Below, in pieces: positions 38,068 through 50,882 of a stretch of DNA of 64,000 bases (positions within the stretch are counted from its first letter, which is position 1; each line of letters begins with the position of its first letter). Source of the stretch: Scyliorhinus canicula. Lineage: Eukaryota. The notes under the pieces are model-generated. The model saw only the letters and a program-made list of their open reading frames with translations. It was not told where the DNA came from and searched no databases. The position numbers were made by a program, and so were the translations under genes. The stretch spans positions 62,001-126,000 of the forward strand of contig NW_024055500.1 in NCBI RefSeq assembly GCF_902713615.1, written 5' to 3'.

Positions 38068-38875
38068 TTCGATGAGGTTTTCGTTGGTCAAACCGCATGT
38101 TTCCTTCATTTCTTTGCGGCGGAGACGGCGGGATTCATTCACATTGGGTTTGCTTTGAGAAGCTGAGCTCAAACTGCAGGGAACCAAGGCGTTCCCGAGA
38201 AGCTTGTCTATGTGTGGGCATTCACATTTCTATTGACTAATTCTGGTGGACTCAGGCAGCTCTTTGTCCCTTTCATTTTATCAGTTCAACAACTTCAGAC
38301 TGTGAACTCTCACTTCCCCCTCCACCACATGTTTTTTCCATCAACTTATCATCCCTTCCATTGATATGTTTTACCCTAAGCATTGCCCACCTCCCCCCAG
38401 CCCATACCATCCTACTTCAGCAATCAGATCCCTGTTTGTAATTGTTCTCTGACACACTGCTTACCTTTGTTCTGCCATTAACACATTCTGACCGCTTGAT
38501 GCGCCATCAGCACCTTTCATAGCCTTGATTAGGCTCATTTACATTCCCTTTTTCTTTCTGCCCGAGACATTTTCGTAATTTCCCACCTATTGCTAGCCCT
38601 CTATTGAGGCCCAATACAGCACTCCACCACCCCCACCCCCACCCCCACCCACAATCGTCTGAATCTCCAGTTCCAGTTCTCCAGCTTTGACAAAGTGTCC
38701 ACTTGACTGGAAACGACAGCTGCCATTTCGCTCCCCAGAGGCTGTCAGACCTGCTGAGATTGTCCAGTATTTTCTGTTTTTGTTTCCGTTTGAAGCATCC
38801 GCAGTAAGTTGCATTTGTCATACATTTAGACATGTTTGAGATGGTGATTAAATGTGTTCATTTGTAAAACGCTGA

Positions 38876-38948
38876 AATTCTGTTGTGTAGTGATTATCAC
38901 ATTCGCTTAACACGCGAAAAATCCCTGGTACGAAACCAGGCAGAAACA
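38876..38948 (+). pseudogene. tRNA-Val(AAC) pseudogene
   Basis: Acceptor 5' strand (AATTCTG) and B box (GGTACGA) mutated. Confidence 0.8.
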
Positions 38949-40734
38949 TCGCGTGCTTCTCATTTTGTGTGACGAATGTTTGCACAAAATATCTTTCCTC
39001 CTCAATCTCGCACGTTTGAGGAACATGAGATTTGGTCTCTCATGAGATATTAAAATTCCTGCAATAAAGTCAGAAATACGGAATATTGAAGACGCCAGGG
39101 GATGGAAAGCCTTCCCTATTTTGCCACGATTCGGATATCAGCAGTTTGTTCATCCACCACAGAATGTATTGGGTTTACAGATGCAGATGAACATATTTAA
39201 TCACCATTTCAAACATTTCCAAATGTACGATAAAAGCAACTTACTGCGCATGCGTCAATGGTGAACAAAAACAGAAAACACAGGACAGTCTCATCAGGTC
39301 TGACAGCCTCTGTGGAGAGAGATGGCAAGTGTCGTTTCGAGTTTGGGTGACTCTTTGTCGAAGCTGGACAACTGGATCTTTGGTCAGGTGTCGACTGGCG
39401 GAGTGTGTGGGGAAGTGGGGGGTGGGTGGGGGGAGAGGGGAGCGTGAAGCATTGGGCCTCGACAGACGGCCAGCCATGGGTGGAGAATAACAAAAATGTG
39501 TTGGTCGAAAGAAAAAGGGAATATAAATGTTTCTAATCAGTGTTAAGAACTGTGCTGACAGAGGCGATTAGAAGATTAGAATGTGTTAATGGCAGATGAA
39601 AATGAAAAACAAGGGGCTGATTTCCCAAGAGGGATGCGATTGGCTAGGGGAAGGGGAAGGGGGAGACAATGGGAGAGGAAGCCATATCAATGGAAGCAAT
39701 GAAATAAGTTGATGGAAATAAACATGTGGTGAAGTGGGAAGAGTGATTTCACGGTGCGAAGTTGTTGAGCCTACTGTAAAATCCGCAAGGCTGTACCGTG
39801 CCTATTCGGAGGATGGGGTGCTCTTCCTCGGCGTTGTGCTGACTACATGGGAACATTGCAGCAGGCCAAGATCGGACATGTGGACATGAGAGCAGGGCAG
39901 TGAGTTCAAATAGCAAGCGACAGGAGAGTCTGCCACCAGTTTGTCGATGGAGCGAAGGTGTTTTGCAAAGTGGTCACCGAGTCAGCATTTAGTCTCTGCA
40001 ATGCAGAGTAGATGGCATTGGGATCAGCAAATGCAACAGGCCAGATTGAAGGATGTCTTATAGTAATGTGTACTCAAAAGGACAGACACAAACGATACTG
40101 TAACTGACTTAGAGGAAATGCCAGAGACTTAACTGAACCAGCTTTGGGAAATAAAAAACGGTTTTCCTGATGGAGAAACAGGAAAAGCCAGTGTGGGAAT
40201 CCAGGCTCAATGTTGATTTCGAATTACCCCTCCTTTCTTATACATGAACGGTATTTAGGCTGCAGCATTTTACACACCAAAACACAAAGAGGTCAAATAT
40301 AAGAAACACATAATTGTCAATTCTTAAACTCAACTCAAGCATTGAATAACGAAACAAATATTGTGCAAAGTCGGTTGCTTTTTTCTGTAGGATTTCAGAA
40401 TGCTGCATTAATAATAGAAGAGAGCATTTCGCCGTTAGAGATTTGCTGAACAAAATCCCGATGCAGAGCAAATTGAGCAGGGCATCATCAATTCTCGTTC
40501 CAGCTGTGGTTACTTATGAAAGCCCTGCCCTCTCAATTTAACTTCAAGCAAAACATAACTTATCTCCAGTTCAGCAAAGTTCAATATCTGATCCTTTGAT
40601 AAATTGAGACATCAGTTTTAAAGAAACGGCTCCTTCCAATAAGTTACATGGCCTCTCAGCGGAACCATGAGAAGCTGCAACAATACATTGAGGTTCAACA
40701 TTGCACAGGGCCACTGATTGTGATACTCTCAGCG

Positions 40735-40807
40735 GTTTCTGTAGTGTACTGGTTATCACATTCGTCTAACACGCGAAAGGTCCCCGGTTCGAAACCGGGC
40801 AGAAACA
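40735..40807 (+). tRNA. tRNA-Val-AAC: tRNA-Val(AAC)
   Basis: 73 nt, AAC anticodon, one G-U pair in the anticodon stem, T4 tract downstream. Confidence 0.82.
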
Positions 40808-42489
40808 TCGCGTGCTTCTCATTTTGTGTGACGAATGTTTGCACAAAATACCTTTCTTCCTCAGTCTCGCACGTTCGAGGAACATGAGATTTGGTCTCTC
40901 ATGAGATATTAAAATTCCTGCAACAAAGTCAGAATTACGGAATATTCAAGACGCCAGGGGAAGAAAACACTTCCCTATTTTGCCACGATTCGGATGTTAG
41001 CAGTTTGTTCATCCACCACAGAATCTTTTGGGTTTACAGATGCAGATGAACATATTTAATCACCATTTCAAAATGTCTAAATTTACGATAAAAGCAACTT
41101 ACTGCTTATGCGTCAATGGGAAAGAAAAACAGAAAACACAGGACAGACTCTTCAGGTCTGACAGCCTCTGTGGAGAGAGATGGCAAGTGTCGTTTCTAGT
41201 CTGGGTGACTCTTTGTCGAAGCTGGACAACTGGATCTTTGGTCAGGTGTAGACTGGCGGAGTGTGTGGGGAAGTGTGGGGTGGGTGGGGGGAGAGTGGAG
41301 CGTGAAGCATTGGGCCTCGACAGACGGCCAGCCATGGGTGGAGAATAACAAAAATGTGTTGGGTCGAAAGAAAAAGGGAATATAAATGTTTCTAATCAGT
41401 GTTAAGAACTGTGCTGACAGAGGCGATTAGAAGATTAGAATGTGTTAATGGCAGATGAAAATGAGGAACAAGGGGCGGATTTCCCAAGAGGGATGCGATT
41501 GGCTAGGGGAATGGGGAGGGGGAAACAATGGGAGAGGAAGACATATCAATGGAAGCAATGAAAATAAGTTGATGGAAATAAACATGTGGTGAAGTGGGAA
41601 GAGTGATTTCACGGTGCGAAGTTGTTGAGCCTACTGTAAAATCCGCAAGGCTGTACCGTGCCTATTCGGAGGATGGGGTGCGGTTCCTCGGCGTTGTGCT
41701 GAGCTACATGGGAACATTGCAGCAGGCCAAGATCGGACATGTGGACATGAGAGCAGGACAGTGAGTTCAAATAGCAAGCGACAGGAGAGTCTGCCACCAG
41801 TTTGTCGATGGAGCGAAGGTGTTTTGCAAAGTGGTCACCCAGTCAGCATTTAGTCTCTCCAATGCAGAGTAGATGGCATTGGGATCAGCAAATGCAACAG
41901 GCCAGATTGAAGGATGTCTTATAGTAATGTGTACTCAAAAGGACAGACACAAACGATACTGTAACTGACTTAGAGGAAATGCCAGAGACTTAACTGAACC
42001 AGCTTTGGGAAAGAAAAAACGGTTTTCCTGATGGAGAAACGGGAAAAGCCAGTGTGGGAATCCAGGCTCAATGTTGATTTAGAATTACCCCGCCTTTCTT
42101 CTACATGAACGGTATTTAGGCTGCAGCATTTTACACACCAAAACACAATGAGGTCAAATATAAGAAACACATAATTGTCAATTCTTAAACTCAACTCAAG
42201 CATTTCATAACGAAACAAATATTGTGTAAAGTCGGTAGCTTTTTTCTGTAGGATTTCAGAATGCTGCATTAATAATAGAAGAGAGCATTTCGCCGTTAGA
42301 GATTTGCTGAACAAATGCTTCAGTTCAATATAGGTTCTTCTACTGGCTTGTAAGTTTAGACATCTGTTTTAAAGAAATAGACGTGTTCTTGTGAGAAGTG
42401 ACGTGGCCTCTCAGCCGAACCATGCGAAGCTGCAACAAGGCAGTTGAGTTGAAGGTGACACAGGTCCTTTGGAATCTGCGATGCCAGCT

Positions 42490-42562
42490 GTTTCTGTAGT
42501 GTATTGGTTATCACATTCGCTTTACACGCGAATGGTCCCCGGTTCGAAACCGGGCAGAAGCA
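42490..42562 (+). tRNA. tRNA-Val-TAC: tRNA-Val(TAC)
   Basis: 73-nt Val body, TAC anticodon. Confidence 0.82.
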
Positions 42563-42656
42563 TCTGGTGTTTCCAGTTTAGTCTATCGCTAAATATTACC
42601 TCAATCTCGTAACTGGTCTTCATCATCGAGGAATAGCAAAAGCCTATAACTGCTGT

Positions 42657-42729
42657 GGGCCAGTGGCACAATGGATAACGCGTCTGACTCCGAATCAGGA
42701 GATTCCAGCTTCGACTCCTGGCTGGCTGG
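42657..42729 (+). pseudogene. Degenerate tRNA-Arg, anticodon ACG changed to CCG
   Basis: Arg-ACG body with CT-CCG-AA loop, B box AGCTTCGA and acceptor mismatch. Confidence 0.75.
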
Positions 42730-43058
42730 CAGTTCTTAGTTTTGGCGTCACCTTTAGTTCAGTGGGTTGGACAGCTGGTTCCCGATGCAGAGCAAAGTGA
42801 GCAGGGCATCATCAATTCTCGTTTCAGCTGTGGTTCCTTATGAAAGCCCTGCCCTCTCAATTTAACTTCAAGCAAAACATAACTTATCTCCAGTTCCGCA
42901 AAGTTCAATATCTGATCCTTTGATAATTTGAGACATCAGTTTGAAAGAAACGGCTTCTTCCAATACGTTACATGGCCTCTCAGCGGAACCGTTAGAAGCT
43001 GCAACAGTACATTGAGGTTCAACATTGCACAGGGCCACTGATTGCAATGTTCCCAGCA

Positions 43059-43131
43059 GTTTCTGTAGTGTAGTGGTCATCACATTTGCTTAACACGCAA
43101 AAAGTCCCCGGTTCGAAACCGGGCAGAAACA
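43059..43131 (+). tRNA. tRNA-Val-AAC: tRNA-Val(AAC) variant
   Basis: Anticodon stem TTTGC/GCAAA (paired double change); T arm and acceptor stem intact. Confidence 0.78.
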
Positions 43132-44826
43132 TCGCGTGCTTCTCATTTTGCGTGACGAATGTTTGCACAAAATACCTTTCTTCCTCAATCTCGCACGTTC
43201 GAGGAACATGAGATTTGGTCTCGCATGAGATATTAAAATTCCTGCAACAAAGTCAGAAATACGGAATATTCAAGACGCCAGGGGAAGAAAAGCCTTTCCT
43301 ATTTTGCCACGATTCGGATATTAGCTGTTTGTTCATCCACCACAGAATCTTTTGGGTTTACAGATGCAGATGAACATTTTTAATCACCATTTCAAACATG
43401 TCTAAATGTACGATAAAAGCAACTTACTGCTTATGCGTCAATGGGAAAGAAAAACAGAAAACACAGGACAGACTCTTCAGGTCTGACAGCCTCTGTGGAG
43501 AGAGATGGCAAGTGTCGTTTCGAGTCTGGGTGACTCTTTGTCGAAGCTGGACAACTGGATCTTTGGTCAGGTGTAGACTGGCGGAGTGTGTGGGGGAAGT
43601 GGGGGTGGGGGGGGGGGGGGGGGAGAGGGGAGCGTGAAGCATTGGACCTCGACAGACGGCCAGCCATGGGTGGAGAATAACAAAAATGCGTTGGGTCGAA
43701 AGAAAAAGGGAATGTAAATGCTTCTAATCAGTGTTAAGAACTGTGCTGACAGAGGCGATTAGAAGATTAGAATGTGTTAATGGCAGATGAAAATGAGGAA
43801 CAAGGGGCGGATTTTACAAGAGGGATGCGATTGGCTCGGGGAATGGGGAGGGGGAGACAATGGGAGAGGAAGACATATCAATGGAAGCAATGAAAATAAG
43901 TTGATGGAAATAAACATGTGGTGAAGTGGGAAGAGTGATTTCACGGTGCGAAGTTATTGATCATACTGTAAAATCCGCAAGGCTGCACCGTGCCTATTCG
44001 GAGGATGGGGTGCTGTTCCTCGGCGTTGTGCTGAGCTACATGGGAACATTGCAGCAGGCCAAGATCGGACATGTGGACATGAGAGCAGGACAGTGAGTTG
44101 AAATAGCAAGCGACAGGAGAGTCTGCCACCAGTTTGTCGATGGAGCGAAGGTGTTTTGCAAAGCGGTCACCCAGTCAGCATTTAGTCTCTCCAATGCAGA
44201 GAATATGGCATTGGGATCAGCAAATGCAACAGGCCAGATTGAAGGATGTCTTATACAGTAGTAATGTGTACTCAAAAGGACAGGCACAAACGATACTGTA
44301 ACTGACTTAGAGGAAATGCCAGAGACTTAACTGAACCAAATTTTGGAAAGCAAAAACGGTCTTCCTGATGGGGAAACAGGAAATGCCAGTGTGGGAATCC
44401 AGGCTCAATGTTGATTTCGAATTACCCCTCCTTTCTTATACATGAACGGTATTTAGGCTGCAGCATTTTACACACCAAAACACAAAGAGGTCAAATATAA
44501 GAAACACATAATTGTCAATTCTTAAACTCAACTCAAGCATTGAATAACGAAACAAATATTGTGTAAAGTCGGTTTCTTTTTTCTGTAGGATTTCAGAATG
44601 CTGCATTAATAATAGAAGAGAGCATTTCGCCGTTAGAGATTTGCTGAACAAATTCTTCAGTTCAATATAGGTTCTTCTTCTGGCTTGTAAGTTTAGACAT
44701 CTGTTTTAAAGACATAGACGTGTTCTTGTAAGAAGTGACATGGCCTCTCAGCCGAACCATGCGAAGCTGCAACAAGGCAGGTGAGTTGAAGTTGACACAG
44801 GTCCGTTGGAGTCTGCGCTGCCAGCT

Positions 44827-44899
44827 GTTTCTGTAGTGTAGTGGTTATCACATTCGCTTCACACGCGAATGGTCGCCTGTTCGAAGCCGGGCAGAAACA
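44827..44899 (+). pseudogene. tRNA-Val(CAC) with damaged T arm
   Basis: CAC anticodon in the slot that is TAC in other units; T arm reads CGCCTGTTCGAAGCCGG. Confidence 0.72.
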
Positions 44900-44993
44900 T
44901 CTGGTGTTTCCAGTCTGTCGCTAAATATTACCTCAATCTCGTAACTGGTCTTCGAGGAATCATCGAGGAATTGCAAAATTCTGCAACTGCCGT

Positions 44994-45066
44994 GGGCCAG
45001 TGGCGCAATGGATAACGCGTCTAACTACGAATCAGGCGATTCTAGGTTCGACTCCTGGCTGGCTCG
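44994..45066 (+). tRNA. tRNA-Arg-ACG: tRNA-Arg(ACG), anticodon-stem mismatch, possibly a pseudogene
   Basis: Arg body with TCTAA/TCAGG anticodon stem. Confidence 0.7.
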
Positions 45067-45229
45067 CATTTCCTTGTTTTTTGAAAGGTGATGGTGAAAG
45101 ACGAACTTTTGTTGTCCTGTCGACAAATACCGCCTGACTCCCTGAGTTGTTGCAGTACTTTTGGCGTTCTCCGCAGATGTTAGATTGATTTTCCATGGCA
45201 ATGACATTATGGTTTGGCTCATTTCGCGG

Positions 45230-45306
45230 GGCTCGTTGGTCTCGGGGTATGATTCTCGCTTTGGGTGTGTCGCTGTCGGAATTTGCGAGAGATCCCGGAC
45301 GAGCCC
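45230..45306 (+). pseudogene. Intron-containing tRNA-Pro(TGG) pseudogene, T arm/B box deleted
   Basis: Same 18-nt intron; GCGAGAG joins directly to ATCCCGGACGAGCCC. Confidence 0.85.
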
Positions 45307-46130
45307 TTCGATGAGGTTTTCCGTTGGTCAAGCAACATGTTTTCTTCATTTCTTTGCGGCGTAGACGGCGGGATTCATTCACATTGGGTTTGCTTTGAGA
45401 AGCTGAGCTCAAACTGCATGGAACCAATACGTTCCCGAGAAGCTTGTCTATGTGTGGGCATTCACATTTCTATTGACTAATTCTGGTGGACTCACACAGC
45501 TCTTTGTCCCTTTCATTTTATCAGTTCAACAACTTCAGACTGTGAACTCTCACTTCCCCCTCCACCACATGTTTTTTCCATCAACTTATCATCCCTTCCA
45601 TTGATATGTTTTACCCTCAGCATTGCCCCCTATCCCCAGCCCATACCATCCTACTTCAGCAATCTGATCCCTGTTTGTAATTGTTCTCTGACGCACTGCT
45701 TACCTTTGTTCTGCCATTAACACATTCTGACCGCTTGATGCGCCATCAGCACCTTTCATAGCCTTGATTAGCCTCATTTACATTCCCTTTTCCTTTCTGC
45801 CCGAGACATTTTCGTCATTTCCCACCTATTGCTAGCCCTCGATCGGGGCCCAATACAGCACGACACCACCCCCACCCCCACCACCCCCACCCCCACCCCC
45901 CACCCACAATCGTCTGAATCTCCAATTCCAGTTCTCCAGCGTTGACAAAGAGTCCACTTGACTGGAAACGACAGCTGCCATTTCGCTCCCCAGAGGCTGT
46001 CAGACCGGCTGAGATTATCCAGTATTTTCTGTTTTTGTTTCCGTTTGAAGCATCCGCAGTAAGTTGCATTTGTCATACATTTAGACATGTTTGAGATGGT
46101 GATTAAATATGTTCATTGGTAAATCGCTGA

Positions 46131-46203
46131 AACTCTGTGGTGTAGTGATTATCACATTCGCCTAACACGCGAAAGGTTCCCGGTACGAAACCGGGCAGAA
46201 ACA
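46131..46203 (+). pseudogene. tRNA-Val(AAC) pseudogene
   Basis: AACTCTG acceptor strand and GGTACGA B box; paralog of 38876. Confidence 0.8.
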
Positions 46204-47923
46204 TCGCGTGCTTCTCATTTTGTGTGACGAATGTTTGCACAAAATACCTTTCCTCCTCAATCTCGCACGTTCGAGGAACATGAGATTTGGTCTCTCATGA
46301 GATATTAAAATTCCTGCAATAAAGTCAGAAATACGGAATATTCAAGACGCCAGGGGATGAAAAGCCTTCCCTATTTTGCCACGATTCGGATATCAGCAGT
46401 TTGTTCATCCACCACAGAATGTATTGGGTTTACAGATGCAGATGAACATATTTAATCACCATTTCAAACATTTCTAAATGTACGATAAAAGCAAATTACT
46501 GCGCATGGGTCAATGGGAAAGAAAAACAGAAAACACAGGACAGTCTCAGCAGGTCTGACAGCCTCTGTGGAGAGAGATGGCAAGTGTCCTTTCGAGTCTG
46601 GGTGACTCTTTGTCGAAGCTGGACAACTGGATCTTTGGTCAGGTGTAGACTGGCGGAGTGTGTGGGGGACCTGTTGGGGGGGGGGACGTGTTGGGGGGGG
46701 GACGTGTTGGAGTGGGGACGTGTTGGGGGGGGGGGCGTGAAGCATTGGGCCTCGACAGACGGCCAGCGATGGGTGGGGAATAACAAAAATGTGTTGTGTC
46801 GAAAGAAAAAAGGAAGTTAAATGTTTCTAATCAGTGTTAAGAACTGTGCTGACAGAGGCGATTAGAAGATTAGAATGTGTTAACGGCAAATGACAATGAG
46901 GAACAAGGGGCGGAATTCCCAAGAGGGATGCGATTGGCTAGGGGAATGGGGAGGGGGAGACAATGGGAGCGGAAGATATATCAATGGAAGCAATGAAAAT
47001 AATTTGATGGAAAGAAACATGTGGTGAATTGGGAAGAGTGATTTCACGGTGCGAAGTTGTTGAGCCTACTGTACAATCCGCAAGGCTGTGCCGAGCCTAT
47101 TCGGAGGATGGGGGCTGTTCCTCGGCGTTGTGCTGAGCTACATGGGAACATTGCAGCAGGCCAAGATCGGACATGTGGACATGAGAACAGGACAGTGAGT
47201 TCAAATAACAAGCGACAGGAGAGTCTGCCGCCAGCTTGTCGATGGAGCGAAGGTGTTTTGCAAAGTGGTCACCCTGTCAGCATTTAGTCTCTCCAGTGCA
47301 GAGTAGATGGCATTAGGATCAGCAAATGCAACAGGCCAGATTGAAGGATGTCTTATAGTAATGTGAACTCAAAAGGACAGACACAAACGATACTGTAACT
47401 GACTTAGAGGAATTGCCAGAGACTTAACTGAACCAGCTTTGGGAAAGAAAAAACGGTTTTCCTGATGGAGAAACAGGAAAAGCCAGTGTGGGAAATCAGG
47501 CTCAATGTTGATTTCGAATTACCCCTCCTTTCTTATACATGAACGGTATTTAGGCTGCAGCATTTTACACACCAAAACACAAAGAGGTCAAATATAAGAA
47601 ACACATAATTGTCAATTCTTAAACTCAACTCAAGCATTGAATAACGAAACAAATATTGTGTAAAGTCGGTTGCTTTTTTCTGTAGGATTTCAGAATGCTG
47701 CATTAATAATAGAAGAGAGCATTTCGCCGTTAGAGATTTGCTGAACAAATTCTTCATTTCAATATAGGTTCTTCTACTGGCTTGTAAGTTTAGACATCTG
47801 TTTTAAATAAATCGACGTGTTCTTGTAAGAAGTGACATGGCCTCTCAGCCGAACCATGCGAAGCTGCAACAAGGCAGTTGAGTTGAAGGTGACACAGGTC
47901 CGTTGGAATCTGTGCTGCCAGCT

Positions 47924-47996
47924 GTTTCTGTAGTGTAGTGGTTACCACATTCGCTTTATACGCGAATGGTCCCCGGTTCGAAACCGGGCAGAGACA
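47924..47996 (+). tRNA. tRNA-Val body with TAT anticodon (47957-47959)
   Basis: TTCGC-TT-TAT-AC-GCGAA; all four stems still pair. Confidence 0.8.
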
Positions 47997-48090
47997 TCTG
48001 GTGTTTCCAGTTTAGTCTATCGCTCAATATTACCTCAATCTCGTAACTGGTCTTCATCATCGAGGAATAGCAAAAGTCTATAACTGCTGT

Positions 48091-48163
48091 GGGCCAGTGG
48101 CGCAATGGATAACGCGTTTGACTACGAATCAGGAGATTCCAGGTTCGACTCCTGGCTGGCTCG
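48091..48163 (+). tRNA. tRNA-Arg-ACG: tRNA-Arg(ACG)
   Basis: Arg body, ACG anticodon, T4 tract about 10 nt downstream. Confidence 0.82.
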
Positions 48164-48492
48164 AAATTCCTAGTTTTGGCGTCCCCTTTAGTTCAGTGGG
48201 CTGGACAGCTGGTTCCCGATGCAGAGCAAAGTCAGCAGGGCATCATCAATTCTCGTTTCAGCTGTGGTTACTTATGAAAGCCCTGCCCTCTCTATTTAAC
48301 TTCAAGCAAAACATAACTTATCTCCAGTTCAGCAAAGTTCAATATCTGATCCTTTGATAAGTTGAGACATCGGTTTTAAAGAAACGGCTTCTTCCAATAA
48401 GTTACATGGCCTCTCAGCAGAACTGTTAGAAGCTGCAACAGTACATTGCGGTTCAACATTGCAGAGGGCCGCTGATTGCGATGCTCCCAGCA

Positions 48493-48565
48493 GTTTCTAT
48501 GGTGTAGTGGTTATCACATTCGCCTTACACGCGAAAGGTCCCCGGTTCGAAACCGGGCAGAAACA
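48493..48565 (+). tRNA. tRNA-Val-TAC: tRNA-Val(TAC)
   Basis: TTCGC-CT-TAC-AC-GCGAA in the slot that is AAC in other units; one acceptor-stem mismatch. Confidence 0.78.
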
Positions 48566-50240
48566 TCGCGTGCTTCTCATTTTGTGTGACGAATGTTTGC
48601 ACAATATACCTTTCTTCCTCAATCTCGCACGTTCGAGGAACATGAGATTTGGTCTCTCATGAGATATTAAAATTCCTGCAACAAAGGCAGAAATACGGAA
48701 TATGCAAGACGCAAGGGGAAGAAAAGCCTTCCCTATTTTGCCACGATTCGGATATTAGCAGTTTGTTCATCCACCACAGAATCTTTTGGGTTTACAGATG
48801 CAGATGAACATATTTAATCACCATTTCAAACATGTCTAAATGTACGATAAAAGCAACTTACTGCTTATGCGTCAATGGGAAAGAAAAACAGAAAACACAG
48901 GACAGTCTCATCAGGTCTGACAGCCTCTGTGGAGAGAGATGGCAAGTGTCGTTTCGAGTCTGGGTGACTCTTTGTCGAAGCTGCACAACTGGATCTTTGG
49001 TCAGGTGCAGACTGTCGGAGTGCGTGGGGGGTGGGTGGGGGTAGAGGGGAGCGTGAAGCATTGGGCCTCGACAGACGGCCAGCCATGGGTGGAGAATAAC
49101 AAAAATGTGTTTGGTCGAAAGAAAAAGGGAATATAAATGTTTCTAATCAGTGTTAAGAACTGTGCTGACAGAGGCGATTAGAAGATTAGAATGTGTTAAT
49201 GGCAGATGAAAATGAGGAACAAGGGGCTGATTTCCCAAGAGGGATGCGATTGGCTAGGGGAAGGGGAAGGGGGAGACAATGGGAGAGGAAGACATATCAA
49301 TGGTAGCAATGAAAATAAGTTGATGGAAATAAACATGTGGTGAAGTGGGAAGAGTGATTTCACGGAGCGAAGTTGTTGAGCGTACTGTAAAATCCGCAAG
49401 GCTGTACCCTGTCTATTCGGAGGATGGGGTGCTGTTCCTCGGCGTTGTGCTGAGCTACATGGGAACATTGCAGCAGGCCAAGATCGGACATGTGGACATG
49501 AGAACAGGACAGTGAGTTCAAATAGCAAGCGACAGGAGAGTCTGCCGCCAGCTTGTCGATTGAGCGAAGGTGTTTTGCAAAGTGGTCACCCAATCGGCAT
49601 TTAGTCTCTCCAATGCAGAGAAGATGGCATTGGGATCAGCAAATGCAACAGGCCAGATTGAAGGATGTCTTATAGTAATGTGAACTCAAAAGGACAGACA
49701 CAAACGATACTGTAACTGACTTAGAGGAATTGCCAGAGACTTAACTGAACCAGCTTTGGGAAAGAAAAAACGGTTTTCCTGATGGAGAAACAGGAAAAGC
49801 CAGTGTGGGAAATCAGGCTCAATGTTGATTTCGAATTACCCCTCCTTTCTTATACATGAACGGTATTTAGGCTGCAGCATTTTACACAGCAAAACACAAA
49901 GAGGTCAAATATAAGAAACACATAATTGTCAATTCTTAAACTCAACTCAAGCATTGAATAACGAAACAAATATTGTGTAAAGTCGGTTGCTTTTTTCTGT
50001 AGGATTTCAGAATGCTGCATTAATAATAGAATAGAGCATTTCGCCGTTAGAGATTTGCTGAACAAATTCTTCATTTCAATATAGGTTCTTCTACTGGCTT
50101 GTAAGTTTAGACATGTGTTTTAAAGAAATCGACGTGTTCTTGTAAGAATTGACATGGCCTCTCAGCCGATCCATGCGAAGCTGCAACAAGGCAGGTGAGT
50201 TGAAGGCGACACAGGTCCGCTGGAGTCTGCGCTGCCAGCT

Positions 50241-50313
50241 GTTTCTGTAGTGTAGCGGTTATCACATTCGCTTTATGCGCGAATGGTCCCCGGTTCGAAA
50301 CCGGGCAGAAACA
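50241..50313 (+). tRNA. tRNA-Val body with TAT anticodon (50274-50276)
   Basis: TTCGC-TT-TAT-GC-GCGAA; fully paired cloverleaf, intact B box. Confidence 0.8.
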
Positions 50314-50407
50314 TTTGGTGTTTCCAGTTTAGTCTATCGCTAAATATTACCTCGATCTCGTAACTGGTCTTCATCATCGAGGAATAGCAAAAGCCTCAAA
50401 CTGCAGT

Positions 50408-50480
50408 GGGCCAGTGGCGCAATGGATAACTAGTCTGACTACGAATTAGGAGATTCCAGGTTCGACTCCTGGCTGGCTCG
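50408..50480 (+). pseudogene. tRNA-Arg(ACG), D and anticodon stems altered
   Basis: Arg body with TAACTAG in the D arm and AATTAGG in the anticodon arm. Confidence 0.7.
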
Positions 50481-50809
50481 CAGTTCCTAGTTTTGGAGTC
50501 CCCTTTAGTTCAGTGGGTTGGACAGCTGGTTCTTGATGCAGAGCAAAGTGAGCAGGGCTTCATCAATTCTCGTTTCAGCTGTGGTTGCTTATGAAAGCCC
50601 CGCCGTCTCAATTTAACTTCAAGCAAAACATAACTTATCTCCAGTTCAGCAAAGTTCAATATCTGATCCTTTGATAAGTTGAGACATCAGTTTTAAAGAA
50701 ACGGCTTCTTCCAATAAGTTACATGGCCTCTCAGCGGAACCATTAGAAGCTGCAACAATACATTGAGGTCCAACATTGCACAGGGCCACTGATTCCGATA
50801 ATCCCAGCA

Positions 50810-50882
50810 GTTTCTGTAGTGTAGTGGTCATCACATTTGCCTAACACGCGAAAGGTCCCCTGTTCGAAACCGGGCAGACACA
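50810..50882 (+). tRNA. tRNA-Val-AAC: tRNA-Val(AAC) variant, possibly a pseudogene
   Basis: AAC anticodon; mismatches in T and acceptor stems. Confidence 0.7.
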
